Below are positions 40,945 through 49,593 of a stretch of DNA of 64,000 bases, piece after piece (position 1 is the stretch's first letter; the number at the start of each line of letters is the position of its first letter). The position numbers and the translations under genes were made by a program. The notes below the pieces were generated by a model. It did no database searches and was not told the DNA's origin. It saw nothing but the letters and a program-made list of their open reading frames with translations. This DNA comes from Escherichia phage EcS1. The stretch lies in sequence record NC_055721.1. One strand, 5' to 3'.

Positions 40945-41926
40945 TCTCTGTTAGAGTTTTAACTGTTTGTTCCCAGCCGATGCAAGCATCAGTCACTGAA
41001 ACACCATACTTCATGTCACGAGAAATTTTCTGAGAACCTTCGTTCAGATGAGATTCTATCATAAAACCTTTAACTAATTGGAAACCTGCTTTCAATACTT
41101 CTTTAGCTACGCCTGGTTGACGCGTGAAGTCTTTTTCACTGTTCGAGTGTGAGCAGTCAACCATAACTGATTGGTTCACACCTGCGTGATACAGGTCGTC
41201 TAAGACATCAACAATATCGTCTTCATGATAGTTAGGACCCTTATCACCGCCACGTAGAACGATGTGAGTGTTCTTATTGCCTACGGCATGAACGATACCT
41301 ACGTTTCCGTTGTTATCCATACCTAAGTAACGGTGTGGGAACGCAGCAGATTTCATAGCATCAATAGCTACTTGAGCAGAACCATTTGTTCCATTCTTGA
41401 AGCCAACACACATAGGCAGACCTGAAGCGATTTCACGGTGTGTCTGTGATTCAGTCGTACGAGCGCCGATAGCAACCCATGAGAAAATACCACTAAGATA
41501 CTTAATCGTGAATGGGTCAAGCACTTCAGTCGCTAATGGAAGGCCAATATCTAAAAGGTCTAAACATAAACGACGAGCACAATGAAGACCATAGTTCAAG
41601 TCAAATGTGTCGTTCAAATGTGGGTCATTTACATAACCTTTCCAACCTACAGTCGTACGAGGCTTTTCAAAATAAACACGCATAACTAACAATACGTCAG
41701 GCAATTGTTTTTGCAATTCAGCCAGACGTTGGCCATATTCTAAAGCAGCTTTAGGGTCATGAATAGAACATGGACCCACTACAACAAGCTTACGATGGTT
41801 TTCGCCACACATAATGCGATTAACTTCTTCGCGATGTTTTTCTACTTGTTCTTTATGTCCTGCATGAAATGGAAGTTCACGAGCAAGTTCATTAGGCGAA
41901 TACAACTGTTCTACAACCAAATTCAT
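40916..41926 (-). CDS. 3-deoxy-D-arabino-heptulosonate-7-phosphate (DAHP) synthase, class I AroG/AroF/AroH-like
   Basis: 336 aa; collinear with recalled E. coli AroG: LVVVGPCSIHDP, LLVMRVYFEKPRTTVGWKG, NDPH, WVAIGARTTESQTHREIASGL, VGFKNGTNG, IVLRGG, VMVDCSHSNS, GFMIESHLNEG, SVTDACIGWE. Confidence 0.9.
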   Translation of the reverse strand: MNLVVEQLYSPNELARELPFHAGHKEQVEKHREEVNRIMCGENHRKLVVVGPCSIHDPKAALEYGQRLAELQKQLPDVLLVMRVYFEKPRTTVGWKGYVNDPHLNDTFDLNYGLHCARRLCLDLLDIGLPLATEVLDPFTIKYLSGIFSWVAIGARTTESQTHREIASGLPMCVGFKNGTNGSAQVAIDAMKSAAFPHRYLGMDNNGNVGIVHAVGNKNTHIVLRGGDKGPNYHEDDIVDVLDDLYHAGVNQSVMVDCSHSNSEKDFTRQPGVAKEVLKAGFQLVKGFMIESHLNEGSQKISRDMKYGVSVTDACIGWEQTVKTLTEIDQYAKRKD

Positions 41927-42198
41927 TAAATTTCCCCAAAGATATTATGCATTTCTACAAGCCCGTCACGAGCATGTAATAATTGTGTGTGTTTAGACTT
42001 ATGACCTTGCTGAACAGAAATAATTACAGCACTAGGCACTAATGGGTCCTGGCGAAGAACTACTTCTGCACCAGGGATACGATTCGCAATTTCTTGAGCA
42101 AAGTTCTGAACTTTAGTCATGAACTCTTCACGAGTAATAGGAGTATCTGAAATCATTTTAACCCCAGTAGAACGAATAGCGTACAAAGAGCTTTTCAC
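41926..42198 (-). CDS. Hypothetical protein upstream of DAHP synthase (stop overlaps its start)
   Basis: 90 aa ORF. Confidence 0.45.
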   Translation of the reverse strand: MKSSLYAIRSTGVKMISDTPITREEFMTKVQNFAQEIANRIPGAEVVLRQDPLVPSAVIISVQQGHKSKHTQLLHARDGLVEMHNIFGEI

Positions 42199-42619
42199 TT
42201 AAATCAAGTTCAAGATCAAAGTCTACTTTAAAGGAGGAATAAGTAACATCTAATTTAAAGTTAGTATCTTTAAGCAGAATATTCAGTACACCTGCAACTT
42301 CACCATGAATTTGTGCCTGAGTTCCAGGCTCATTAATGTTTTCATAGAGATGATTAGAAATAACCTGTTTAACAACCAGTTCTAAGACTTCAGTGTAACG
42401 TGGGAACTGAGAAGACTTATCTTCATCCATAAAGCTATTAATGAATTCCAGAGCTTGGTTTAAATTCACATGACCTGAATAAAAGCGTTCACGTGTTGTA
42501 CGGTTAATAGCTACAATATAAGCTTTATCAACTGATGCTGTTTCATCAATATTAAAAGCAAATTTATTTTGCTTTTCTACAAGTGATTTAGCACCATATA
42601 AGGTTTCAAAGGTAATCAT
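42158..42619 (-). CDS. Hypothetical protein
   Basis: 153 aa ORF. Confidence 0.5.
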   Translation of the reverse strand: MITFETLYGAKSLVEKQNKFAFNIDETASVDKAYIVAINRTTRERFYSGHVNLNQALEFINSFMDEDKSSQFPRYTEVLELVVKQVISNHLYENINEPGTQAQIHGEVAGVLNILLKDTNFKLDVTYSSFKVDFDLELDLSEKLFVRYSFYWG

Positions 42620-42819
42620 AGGTAATTTTCCTCTACGTATTTGAATACGCTTTTGTGTGTAAAGTGTCCACCATCAACAGTCTCTTCAGTATCGTAATCA
42701 CGAATATCTAAAGCAACACCGTCTTCATTATGATGGACAACAAAGATGAAACATTTACGTTCTTCGATTTCTTCAATCAAATCGTAGAGCTCACTAATAT
42801 CTTCTAAATAGTCACACAT
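42616..42819 (-). CDS. Hypothetical acidic small protein
   Basis: 67 aa ORF. Confidence 0.45.
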   Translation of the reverse strand: MCDYLEDISELYDLIEEIEERKCFIFVVHHNEDGVALDIRDYDTEETVDGGHFTHKSVFKYVEENYL

Positions 42820-43718
42820 TAAAAGTCACCATGAGCCACTTGCCAACATTCAACACCGATACGACGCCACATTTCTACTACCTGTGCACGGTCATCGACA
42901 GCCAGAACTACATCATAATCTTGGACAATATCGTTCCAGAAGATTTCTTCTTTCACAACGTCATCTTTACGTGGGTCGCCTTGCTTGCGCTGGAAATGCT
43001 TTTCAGTCTGAATCATGTTTTCGTTTAGCCAATTGATAGTAGCCACACGATGTTTCAGAGGCTCATCTTTGTTACCTGATTCACGTCCAGAGACGGTAAG
43101 GATTTTAAACCCTTGTTGTTGCAGCAATTTAAGAAGCAGTACAACCATCTCACGAGGAGTATCGTCACAGAGCTTATCAAGGTCGTAAGGAGAGCGGTGT
43201 TCGTTATCGGCTAATGTTCCATCAAGGTCAAAGATAACCGCTTGAGGGCGCCCTTCAGGATAATCAGCGGATACATATTTCATTGGAACAGACATCTTAG
43301 CGTACATAGAACGTAAGACATCAATTGGAACAGCCTTTTCACCACGATACTGGTTACGTTTCAGAAGCTCGGTCCATGGAATATCAAAACGTTCGATTTC
43401 AAGCTTAGTTTCATGTTTAACAGAGAATTCTTGCCACACTTTCAGAGTAGTAGGGTTCAAGTTCGTATCGGCAATGATTACGCCTTTACATCCATCAAGA
43501 GCTAACAATGTTTGAGCTGAAGAGAATTGTACTTTAGAGACAGCTTTCTCTTTTTGCTTTGTATATTTGTATTGGTTACGATATTCGAGCCCAAACAACT
43601 TTTCACGGAAGTCATCACGTGACAGGATATAGAAGCCAGGGTTCTTAGCAACATATTCATTAGCCCAAGTAGTTTTACCTGAACCTGGAGCACCTTGAGT
43701 CAAAATAATCTTTTTCAT
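42819..43718 (-). CDS. pseT: Polynucleotide 5-prime kinase / 3-prime phosphatase
   Basis: 299 aa; MKKIILTQGAPGSGKTTWA P-loop, AVIFDLDGTLA phosphatase motif, QGDPRKDDVVKEEIFW, VVEMWRRIGVECWQVA match recalled T4 Pnk. Confidence 0.96.
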   Translation of the reverse strand: MKKIILTQGAPGSGKTTWANEYVAKNPGFYILSRDDFREKLFGLEYRNQYKYTKQKEKAVSKVQFSSAQTLLALDGCKGVIIADTNLNPTTLKVWQEFSVKHETKLEIERFDIPWTELLKRNQYRGEKAVPIDVLRSMYAKMSVPMKYVSADYPEGRPQAVIFDLDGTLADNEHRSPYDLDKLCDDTPREMVVLLLKLLQQQGFKILTVSGRESGNKDEPLKHRVATINWLNENMIQTEKHFQRKQGDPRKDDVVKEEIFWNDIVQDYDVVLAVDDRAQVVEMWRRIGVECWQVAHGDF

Positions 43719-43927
43719 TCTTTCACCAATGATTTAATAAAGTCTTGGAGTTCTTTAGAAGCACGACCCCAGTTTTCATGATATCTTAAAGTATGCGCTT
43801 CTAAAATAGAAGCCATTTTATGAGAATCACATGATTGCTGTCGTTCTAGGTGCCGGCCATAAATTGTTGCTCTGACTTCTGATTCATAAATCAGCCCACG
43901 AAGTTGCTCTAGATGTTCAAGAGTCAT
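43715..43927 (-). CDS. Hypothetical small protein
   Basis: 70 aa ORF. Confidence 0.45.
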   Translation of the reverse strand: MTLEHLEQLRGLIYESEVRATIYGRHLERQQSCDSHKMASILEAHTLRYHENWGRASKELQDFIKSLVKE

Positions 43928-44099
43928 TAGTCACCTGTAGCTCTACAAAAGTCATTAAGGCGGTTCTAGCCGAGCTTGCCATGCCGTATAGCTCTTGAAC
44001 ACGTGAGCTACGCATATGCAAACCTAAATTCAAAGCGCGTTGTGCCTGTTCATAAGCTTCAAACAGCCCTTTCCATACGTTATATTGTTCAAGAGTCAT
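43917..44099 (-). CDS. Hypothetical small protein
   Basis: 60 aa ORF. Confidence 0.4.
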   Translation of the reverse strand: MTLEQYNVWKGLFEAYEQAQRALNLGLHMRSSRVQELYGMASSARTALMTFVELQVTNDS

Positions 44100-44335
44100 A
44101 GTTTGTCAATCTCATTGAATATATTAAGCAAAGTTTTGTTAAGTTCGTATTCACTTAAATCGATTTCTTCAATTCCGTCTTTACGGCTAATAGACCCAGA
44201 CCGAATACGATTAGTGGTTATCTGATTAACCCCGCCTGTGCATTTTGCACTTTCACATAAAGAGTACATCTTTGCTTTTAATTGAGTTTTTAGGTCCGGC
44301 GAATTAATCATATGTACAAAATCAAGACCAGTCAT
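44096..44335 (-). CDS. Hypothetical small protein
   Basis: 79 aa ORF. Confidence 0.45.
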   Translation of the reverse strand: MTGLDFVHMINSPDLKTQLKAKMYSLCESAKCTGGVNQITTNRIRSGSISRKDGIEEIDLSEYELNKTLLNIFNEIDKL

Positions 44336-44497
44336 AACTTAATTCCTTATACAAAGCTTCGCGAGCAGCCTTAAGTTCTTTGGCTGATTCATATGCACAT
44401 TTATCGTCGATTAATGACATTGCAACTTGTGTCTGACGTTGACCATGTAGTTTGGCTTTGAGTTCATAAGCTGCAAACAAATCTTTCAATTTATCAT

Positions 44498-44995
44498 TCA
44501 TACGTCAAGTTCCTTATACAAGTCTTCACGAGCTTCTTTCAGAATTTTACCTGTTTCGCGTAAGAATGGTTCTACTTTTTCACCAGTAACGCGTCCAGAA
44601 TTAACTAATGATAAATGACGACCATGACGTAAAGCAGCTTGTTCAAAGGCATGAACAATACTACGCTTACGGTCTCGTTCAAGGACTTCTTCTTCGAAGA
44701 TAGGATAGTCATTAACAGAAGACATAATGGAGTACCAATCGCGTAAAGGAATCTGAGTTTCTTCGTTCAGTTCAAATGTACGATCTACTGTATCACTATT
44801 AGGCGAATAGTATTCTACACGATGGACCATATCGCCACCGTCTGTGAGATGCCAGATATAACAAAATGTTGCTTTCTTTTCAAGAGGTGTACGAATACAA
44901 GAACCAAGCTGCATAAGCTTACGAAGCTCAGCATTTTTGATTTTGGTAAGACGTTCAGGTGAAGAGACAAAACTGTTATAACGTGGAGCAGCCAT
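44498..44995 (-). CDS. Hypothetical protein
   Basis: 165 aa ORF with upstream GC hairpin and GAGGA RBS. Confidence 0.5.
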   Translation of the reverse strand: MAAPRYNSFVSSPERLTKIKNAELRKLMQLGSCIRTPLEKKATFCYIWHLTDGGDMVHRVEYYSPNSDTVDRTFELNEETQIPLRDWYSIMSSVNDYPIFEEEVLERDRKRSIVHAFEQAALRHGRHLSLVNSGRVTGEKVEPFLRETGKILKEAREDLYKELDV

Positions 44996-45024
44996 AATAA
45001 TATCCTCAAATTTAATTATCCCAT

Positions 45025-45040
45025 AGAGCCCGAAGGCTCT
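45025..45040 (-). other. Intercistronic hairpin AGAGCC-CGAA-GGCTCT upstream of ORF 44498..44995
   Basis: Read directly. Confidence 0.55.
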
Positions 45041-45197
45041 AAGATTTTAAAATCAGTTTAATAGCTTTATATGCAAAGATTAATATCATACCAAATGCTA
45101 TTAAGCCAGTCATACCACTAGCACAACCAACGCTGCAACGCATGCAAGCAGAGCAACAACCAATCCTGCACAAAACAATGTAGCGCCTAAAGTCATT

Positions 45198-45494
45198 TTA
45201 CTTTTCACACTTCACTTCCTTCAAAGGAGCTCGATAATAACAAATGACACCGTTAGCATCTTTTACATAACGATTAACGTCATTCAACCATACTCTAAAT
45301 TCCTGTGATTCATTATATGGCATTCCTACGAAAGCAACACCATCAATCACTTTAACTTGCCATTGACCTGTCCAAGGTTTAATCGGGTCAGGCCAACTTG
45401 GGTCAACACGTTGCACAGGTTGTAGCTCAGGGACACTCTGGGAGCATCCAACCAAAAAGATAGATAAACATATGGCTAGAGATTTAAGTTTCAT
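45198..45494 (-). CDS. o-spanin (Rz1-like outer-membrane lipoprotein; T4 pseT.2 equivalent)
   Basis: Signal peptide with lipobox LVGC (MKLKSLAICLSIFLVGCSQS); directly downstream of i-spanin. Confidence 0.7.
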   Translation of the reverse strand: MKLKSLAICLSIFLVGCSQSVPELQPVQRVDPSWPDPIKPWTGQWQVKVIDGVAFVGMPYNESQEFRVWLNDVNRYVKDANGVICYYRAPLKEVKCEK

Positions 45495-45847
45495 CTGGTC
45501 GCCTCCTGCATATCCTGAGCGAACTTATTGAAGCTGTCATTGATTTGTTTCTCAACCAATTTAGGCTTCTTAGCTACTGTATCACTTCTTTTTGCGTCTG
45601 TAAACATCTTAGCATCAGACGTATCTCTTGCTAGACGATTTGCCTTACGTTCATCATCTAAAGCACTAAGACGAGTGAATCCATCTTTCAAATCTGTTAT
45701 CTGCTTATCTTGTTCTTTAACAGTTTGTTCAACATGAGTTAAAGATTCTTTTAAGTTATCGATACGGGCTTCTTGAATCTTTACAAAAGCAAAGACACTA
45801 AGAACACCTAGTATCAACAACATGTATCCACCATTTATAGTAGGCAT
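45491..45847 (-). CDS. i-spanin (Rz-like; T4 pseT.3 equivalent)
   Basis: N-terminal TM helix GYMLLILGVLSVFAFV then charged coiled-coil-like region; overlaps o-spanin start. Confidence 0.65.
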   Translation of the reverse strand: MPTINGGYMLLILGVLSVFAFVKIQEARIDNLKESLTHVEQTVKEQDKQITDLKDGFTRLSALDDERKANRLARDTSDAKMFTDAKRSDTVAKKPKLVEKQINDSFNKFAQDMQEATR

Positions 45848-46341
45848 AATTTAACGATTGTCTCAAAGATATCGTCTTGAGTCATATTGTTGATAAGAAT
45901 ATGATGGGGTGAATCAGAAGCTGAAATCTTAAAGCAAGTTTCAACCATTGAAGCCATTTCGTCAGCAGTTAAACGAGAATGCTGGATTCCAAGACGATGA
46001 TTACCATAGATTGGGTCAACAATAATGTAACATTTGTTGCCACTCAGATGGACATTAGGCTGGCTGATGTTAATGAACACTTCAGCGCCATATTTACCCA
46101 ACTGGTTTTCAAGGAAGCTCTTCATTTCTTCTACTGCGTCAGGCATAGCATCACGACGAGCTTCAGTGACTTTGTTGTTGTATTCTTTTTGCTTTTTACG
46201 TTTAGAAAGATTACGTGCCATGGCAATACGAAGATCGGTGATGTAACCAATAGTCTTAGAACCTTTAAAGATACTGATTCCATCATGACGATCACCGTAT
46301 TGAGCCATAACCATTTCATTTGTAATAAGTTGCATATTCAT
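45835..46341 (-). CDS. Alc-like protein (assigned by size and synteny; start moved to ATG after GAGGA RBS)
   Basis: 168 aa from MNMQLIT; lies between rnlA and spanins where T4 has alc (167 aa); sequence itself not verified. Confidence 0.4.
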   Translation of the reverse strand: MNMQLITNEMVMAQYGDRHDGISIFKGSKTIGYITDLRIAMARNLSKRKKQKEYNNKVTEARRDAMPDAVEEMKSFLENQLGKYGAEVFINISQPNVHLSGNKCYIIVDPIYGNHRLGIQHSRLTADEMASMVETCFKISASDSPHHILINNMTQDDIFETIVKLCLL

Positions 46342-46370
46342 TTTAATATCCTCATTTTGTTGGTAGGAGA

Positions 46371-46399
46371 ATCTTATCACAACAAAATGAGGATGTAAA
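46371..46399 (-). promoter_or_regulatory. Sigma70-like early promoter (TTTACA-17-TAAGAT) inside 15-bp inverted repeat upstream of alc-like gene
   Basis: IR arms 46348-46362 and 46380-46394; downstream arm contains the GAGGA RBS. Confidence 0.5.
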
Positions 46400-47572
46400 C
46401 TACTCTTGTTCGATTACAATTTCTTTCTTATATTCGTCTGGAACGAAGAACTTGTGATTCTTGTTAAAAGCTTCGTTAAGCTGTGGAATTAACTTATCTA
46501 GGTCTAAACCACCTGTGAACGCTTTCATCAGAATTGGGAACAGATAAGAACGGTCTGCATCTTTAAAGATTGTTTGAGCAGAGATAGCGAAGTCTTTACG
46601 GTCACGACCAGCTAGTTGCTTATAAGTTGTTTGAACTAAGTCTAATGCATGACGCAAGAACTCTAAATGAATAGTTTCAAACTTATCAATCTTAGTGATA
46701 GCCCATTCATCGCCTGCGAACATAGAACGAAGGTCATCAGAACCACCAGACACGACAGATTCGAAGAGAGCTTCGTTTTTAGTGATGGAATCTTTAGTAC
46801 GATGCAAAGCAACATACCAATCAGTTTTGAGCTTAAAGTTCAAACCGTTTTCCATTACAAAAACATAACCTTCTACACCTTCTTTGGCGCGAATGCCAGG
46901 CACAAATCGTTCATCGGCAGGAACATTAAATGCTTCTACCAAATGAGGACGAAGCATTGCATCTTTAAACAATTCTTCATATGGAACATATTCACCAGTC
47001 TTATTTTCACGAACATTCAGAAGAATCAGGTCACGTTTACTATAAGCCAGAACGATACGGTTATCTGGTGCAACGTATTCCATGTTACAAGTGAAGCCAT
47101 CTTTAGTAAGTTGAGTCACACGTTTCAAGAATTTTTCATAACGTGGACCATTGATAACTTGTAGTGCTGCATAAGCTTGTTCAGAAGAAATAGAAGCCTT
47201 AGACTTCAAGAACAGTTGGTCGTTATCTACAAAGCTAGAGATTAGAGAACCATCAGCCTTATCCATCATCAATTTGATTTTAGTAAGGTCCAAGTTCATG
47301 GTAAATGGAGTTTCATCTAAGTTAAAGAATTTTTCCATCGGACGAGCTGCAATACGAGTAGGCTTACCATCGACCATTTCAAACATAATGCCGCGGCACT
47401 CTAGAGCGTCAGGCAGAAGCCAATCAGAGTAAGATGCATAGTTATAACTGAAGATACGATACTCACCACCAAACGGCGTCTGGTAGTCACGGAAATAGAA
47501 TTTAGACTGGTCTTTTGGGTCAGTCAATTTCATCAGGTTTTTGTACAAATCATGTTCTTGTTTAGTAATCAT
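46400..47572 (-). CDS. rnlA: RNA ligase 1
   Basis: 390 aa; YRIFSYNYASYSDWLLPDALECRGIMFEM, EKFFNL, KADGSL, RIVLAY, ILLNVRENKTGEY match recalled T4 Rnl1. Confidence 0.95.
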   Translation of the reverse strand: MITKQEHDLYKNLMKLTDPKDQSKFYFRDYQTPFGGEYRIFSYNYASYSDWLLPDALECRGIMFEMVDGKPTRIAARPMEKFFNLDETPFTMNLDLTKIKLMMDKADGSLISSFVDNDQLFLKSKASISSEQAYAALQVINGPRYEKFLKRVTQLTKDGFTCNMEYVAPDNRIVLAYSKRDLILLNVRENKTGEYVPYEELFKDAMLRPHLVEAFNVPADERFVPGIRAKEGVEGYVFVMENGLNFKLKTDWYVALHRTKDSITKNEALFESVVSGGSDDLRSMFAGDEWAITKIDKFETIHLEFLRHALDLVQTTYKQLAGRDRKDFAISAQTIFKDADRSYLFPILMKAFTGGLDLDKLIPQLNEAFNKNHKFFVPDEYKKEIVIEQE

Positions 47573-47982
47573 TTCTTAACCTTGTGCTGGACATTCCAGG
47601 GTGGATTGAATAGTTTAATGAACATCGGTTCTTCAAGGTCCATAGTGGCAACGGACATTGTGCCTAATTCGTTTGTCATGCTCAAATTAAAACATTGACG
47701 TGCGTAGAAGTCTACTTTCTTGTTATCCATCAAAGCTTCATGAATAAACACTGATTTAGTAGAATCACTAGTTGGATTGCTTCGATTTATAGCTGTACGA
47801 TAATAATTGATTCGTTTACGTAAGTTTTTTGTCTTACCAATATACACTAATTCATCATCTACAGCAATTGCATAGATTACGTTTGATTTATTTGGAACTG
47901 AAAGTAGTTCAATTTCTCCATTATTATTCATTTCGAGTGAAGCATATTTTATAAAAGAAAATTCATCTGCGAATGGTTTCAT
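47569..47982 (-). CDS. denA: Endonuclease II
   Basis: 137 aa; NVIYAIA.DDELVYIGKTKNLRKRINYYRTAINR, YARQCFNLSMTNELGTM, IKLFNPPWN match recalled T4 DenA. Confidence 0.95.
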   Translation of the reverse strand: MKPFADEFSFIKYASLEMNNNGEIELLSVPNKSNVIYAIAVDDELVYIGKTKNLRKRINYYRTAINRSNPTSDSTKSVFIHEALMDNKKVDFYARQCFNLSMTNELGTMSVATMDLEEPMFIKLFNPPWNVQHKVKK

Positions 47983-47991
47983 TACGATAAA

Positions 47992-48005
47992 GGGGCCGAA
48001 GCCCC
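47992..48005 (-). other. Intercistronic hairpin GGGGC-CGAA-GCCCC between nrdB and denA
   Basis: Read directly; TTT follows on minus strand. Confidence 0.6.
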
Positions 48006-48010
48006 ATCCT

Positions 48011-49189
48011 TTAGAGATATTTACGGAAGTCGGTTAGAACGCTCTCGTCTACGTCGTTATCAATCTGTGCTACAAGATAAGAAGACAAATCGACTTCTTG
48101 TGGAGCAGACTGAACCATATCACTATTTAAGTATTCGCGAATCCAAGATAATGGATGACGTACAGGAGCATCCTTAATTGGACAAGGGAGTCCACAAGAA
48201 TTCATACGTGATACTGTGAGGTAGTCAATAAAGTCGCTCAGGATTTTAACGTTTAACCCAGGCATACCACCATTACGGAACAAGTGGACGGCCCACTCTT
48301 TTTCCTGGCGGTTGACTTCCATGAAAATATCTACTGCTTCTTGTTCACACTCTTTAGCAATTTCTACCCATTCATCACCGTCAGTACCCATCTGCCATTG
48401 ACGAATAATGAATTGGGTCCCTTTAAGGTGAAGCTGTTCATCACGGGCAATGAACTTCATAATCTTACTGTTGCCTTCCATGATTTCCATATTCTTATGG
48501 AAGTTGAAAGTACAAGCGAAAGATACATAAAAACGTATTGCTTCAAGGGCATTGATAACATGCATGCACAAATAGAGCGCTTTCATCAAGTTGTGTTTAG
48601 CAATTTCTTCAGATTGTTCAGCAACACAGTATGAATCATAATCGTTACCTTGGACTTTATACCACTTTGTTTCTTCTTTAGCATTTTCCCACAAGCGGGT
48701 TTTAGTCAGAACATCATCATAATAAACACCAATAGATTCTGCACGTTTCATGATGGCTTCATCAAGAACGATTTCATCAAAAATCTTAGTTGGATCATTA
48801 AACAGGTTACGCATTATGTGTGTATATGAACGAGAGTGAATTGTTTCACTGAACGTCCAGGTCTGGTTCCAAGTATCAAGACTTGGGTCAGAAATCAGAG
48901 CAGATAATACTGCTGCTGGTGCACGACCTTGGATGGTATCAAGCAATGATTGATACTTCAGGTTGTTGATGAATATTTCTTTTTGGTGTTCTGGGAGCTT
49001 TTCATATTGAGCACGGTCCATCATCAGGTTAACTTCTTCAGGCCGCCAAAAAAACGATAACTGCTTTTCAATTAGGTCTTCAAATGTTTTATGATGCTGG
49101 ATGTCATAACGGGCAATACTTAGTCCTGAACCCAAGAACATTGGTTCATTCAAGACATCTACTTGTTCTTTATTAAAAACTGTACTCAT
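48011..49189 (-). CDS. nrdB: Ribonucleotide reductase small subunit (class Ia), uninterrupted
   Basis: 392 aa continuous ORF; di-iron motif region ETIHSRSYTHI. Confidence 0.95.
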   Translation of the reverse strand: MSTVFNKEQVDVLNEPMFLGSGLSIARYDIQHHKTFEDLIEKQLSFFWRPEEVNLMMDRAQYEKLPEHQKEIFINNLKYQSLLDTIQGRAPAAVLSALISDPSLDTWNQTWTFSETIHSRSYTHIMRNLFNDPTKIFDEIVLDEAIMKRAESIGVYYDDVLTKTRLWENAKEETKWYKVQGNDYDSYCVAEQSEEIAKHNLMKALYLCMHVINALEAIRFYVSFACTFNFHKNMEIMEGNSKIMKFIARDEQLHLKGTQFIIRQWQMGTDGDEWVEIAKECEQEAVDIFMEVNRQEKEWAVHLFRNGGMPGLNVKILSDFIDYLTVSRMNSCGLPCPIKDAPVRHPLSWIREYLNSDMVQSAPQEVDLSSYLVAQIDNDVDESVLTDFRKYL

Positions 49190-49374
49190 AAGGTGTAAGT
49201 CCTGTTTAGCATTTCAGGTGTCATTATTTGGGCTTTGCGTTCTTGTTCCATCTTTTCAGACAATTTAGCAAACGAGCGTTTTAATCGTTTAGTATATTCA
49301 GCTTTAAATTCAGGGTCTTTTAAAAGAAGATGATATGCTTCAATATCATAGTCAATCATTTTTAACTTCCTCAT
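49186..49374 (-). CDS. Hypothetical small protein
   Basis: 62 aa ORF. Confidence 0.4.
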   Translation of the reverse strand: MRKLKMIDYDIEAYHLLLKDPEFKAEYTKRLKRSFAKLSEKMEQERKAQIMTPEMLNRTYTL

Positions 49375-49555
49375 ATCTGAAATCTACGCTAGTGTATTCT
49401 TTAGGTGCAAAGGCTGTACCAATCCTGATACCTTCTAGCATATTGTATAATGCAGAATGTTCGTTACGTTTGATTGGTACAGATTTTAATTTTGCTATGG
49501 TAAATAAACGCTCATTTTGTCGTGAAAATTTGATATAGATTTTGTATTCTTTCAT
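49352..49555 (-). CDS. Hypothetical small protein
   Basis: 67 aa ORF preceded by hairpin. Confidence 0.4.
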   Translation of the reverse strand: MKEYKIYIKFSRQNERLFTIAKLKSVPIKRNEHSALYNMLEGIRIGTAFAPKEYTSVDFRYEEVKND

Positions 49556-49570
49556 TTTGTTTTTCTCAGA

Positions 49571-49586
49571 AGGACATCCGTGTCCT
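49571..49586 (-). other. Hairpin AGGACA-TCCG-TGTCCT between nrdA and downstream small ORF
   Basis: Read directly. Confidence 0.5.
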
Positions 49587-49593
49587 CATTATA

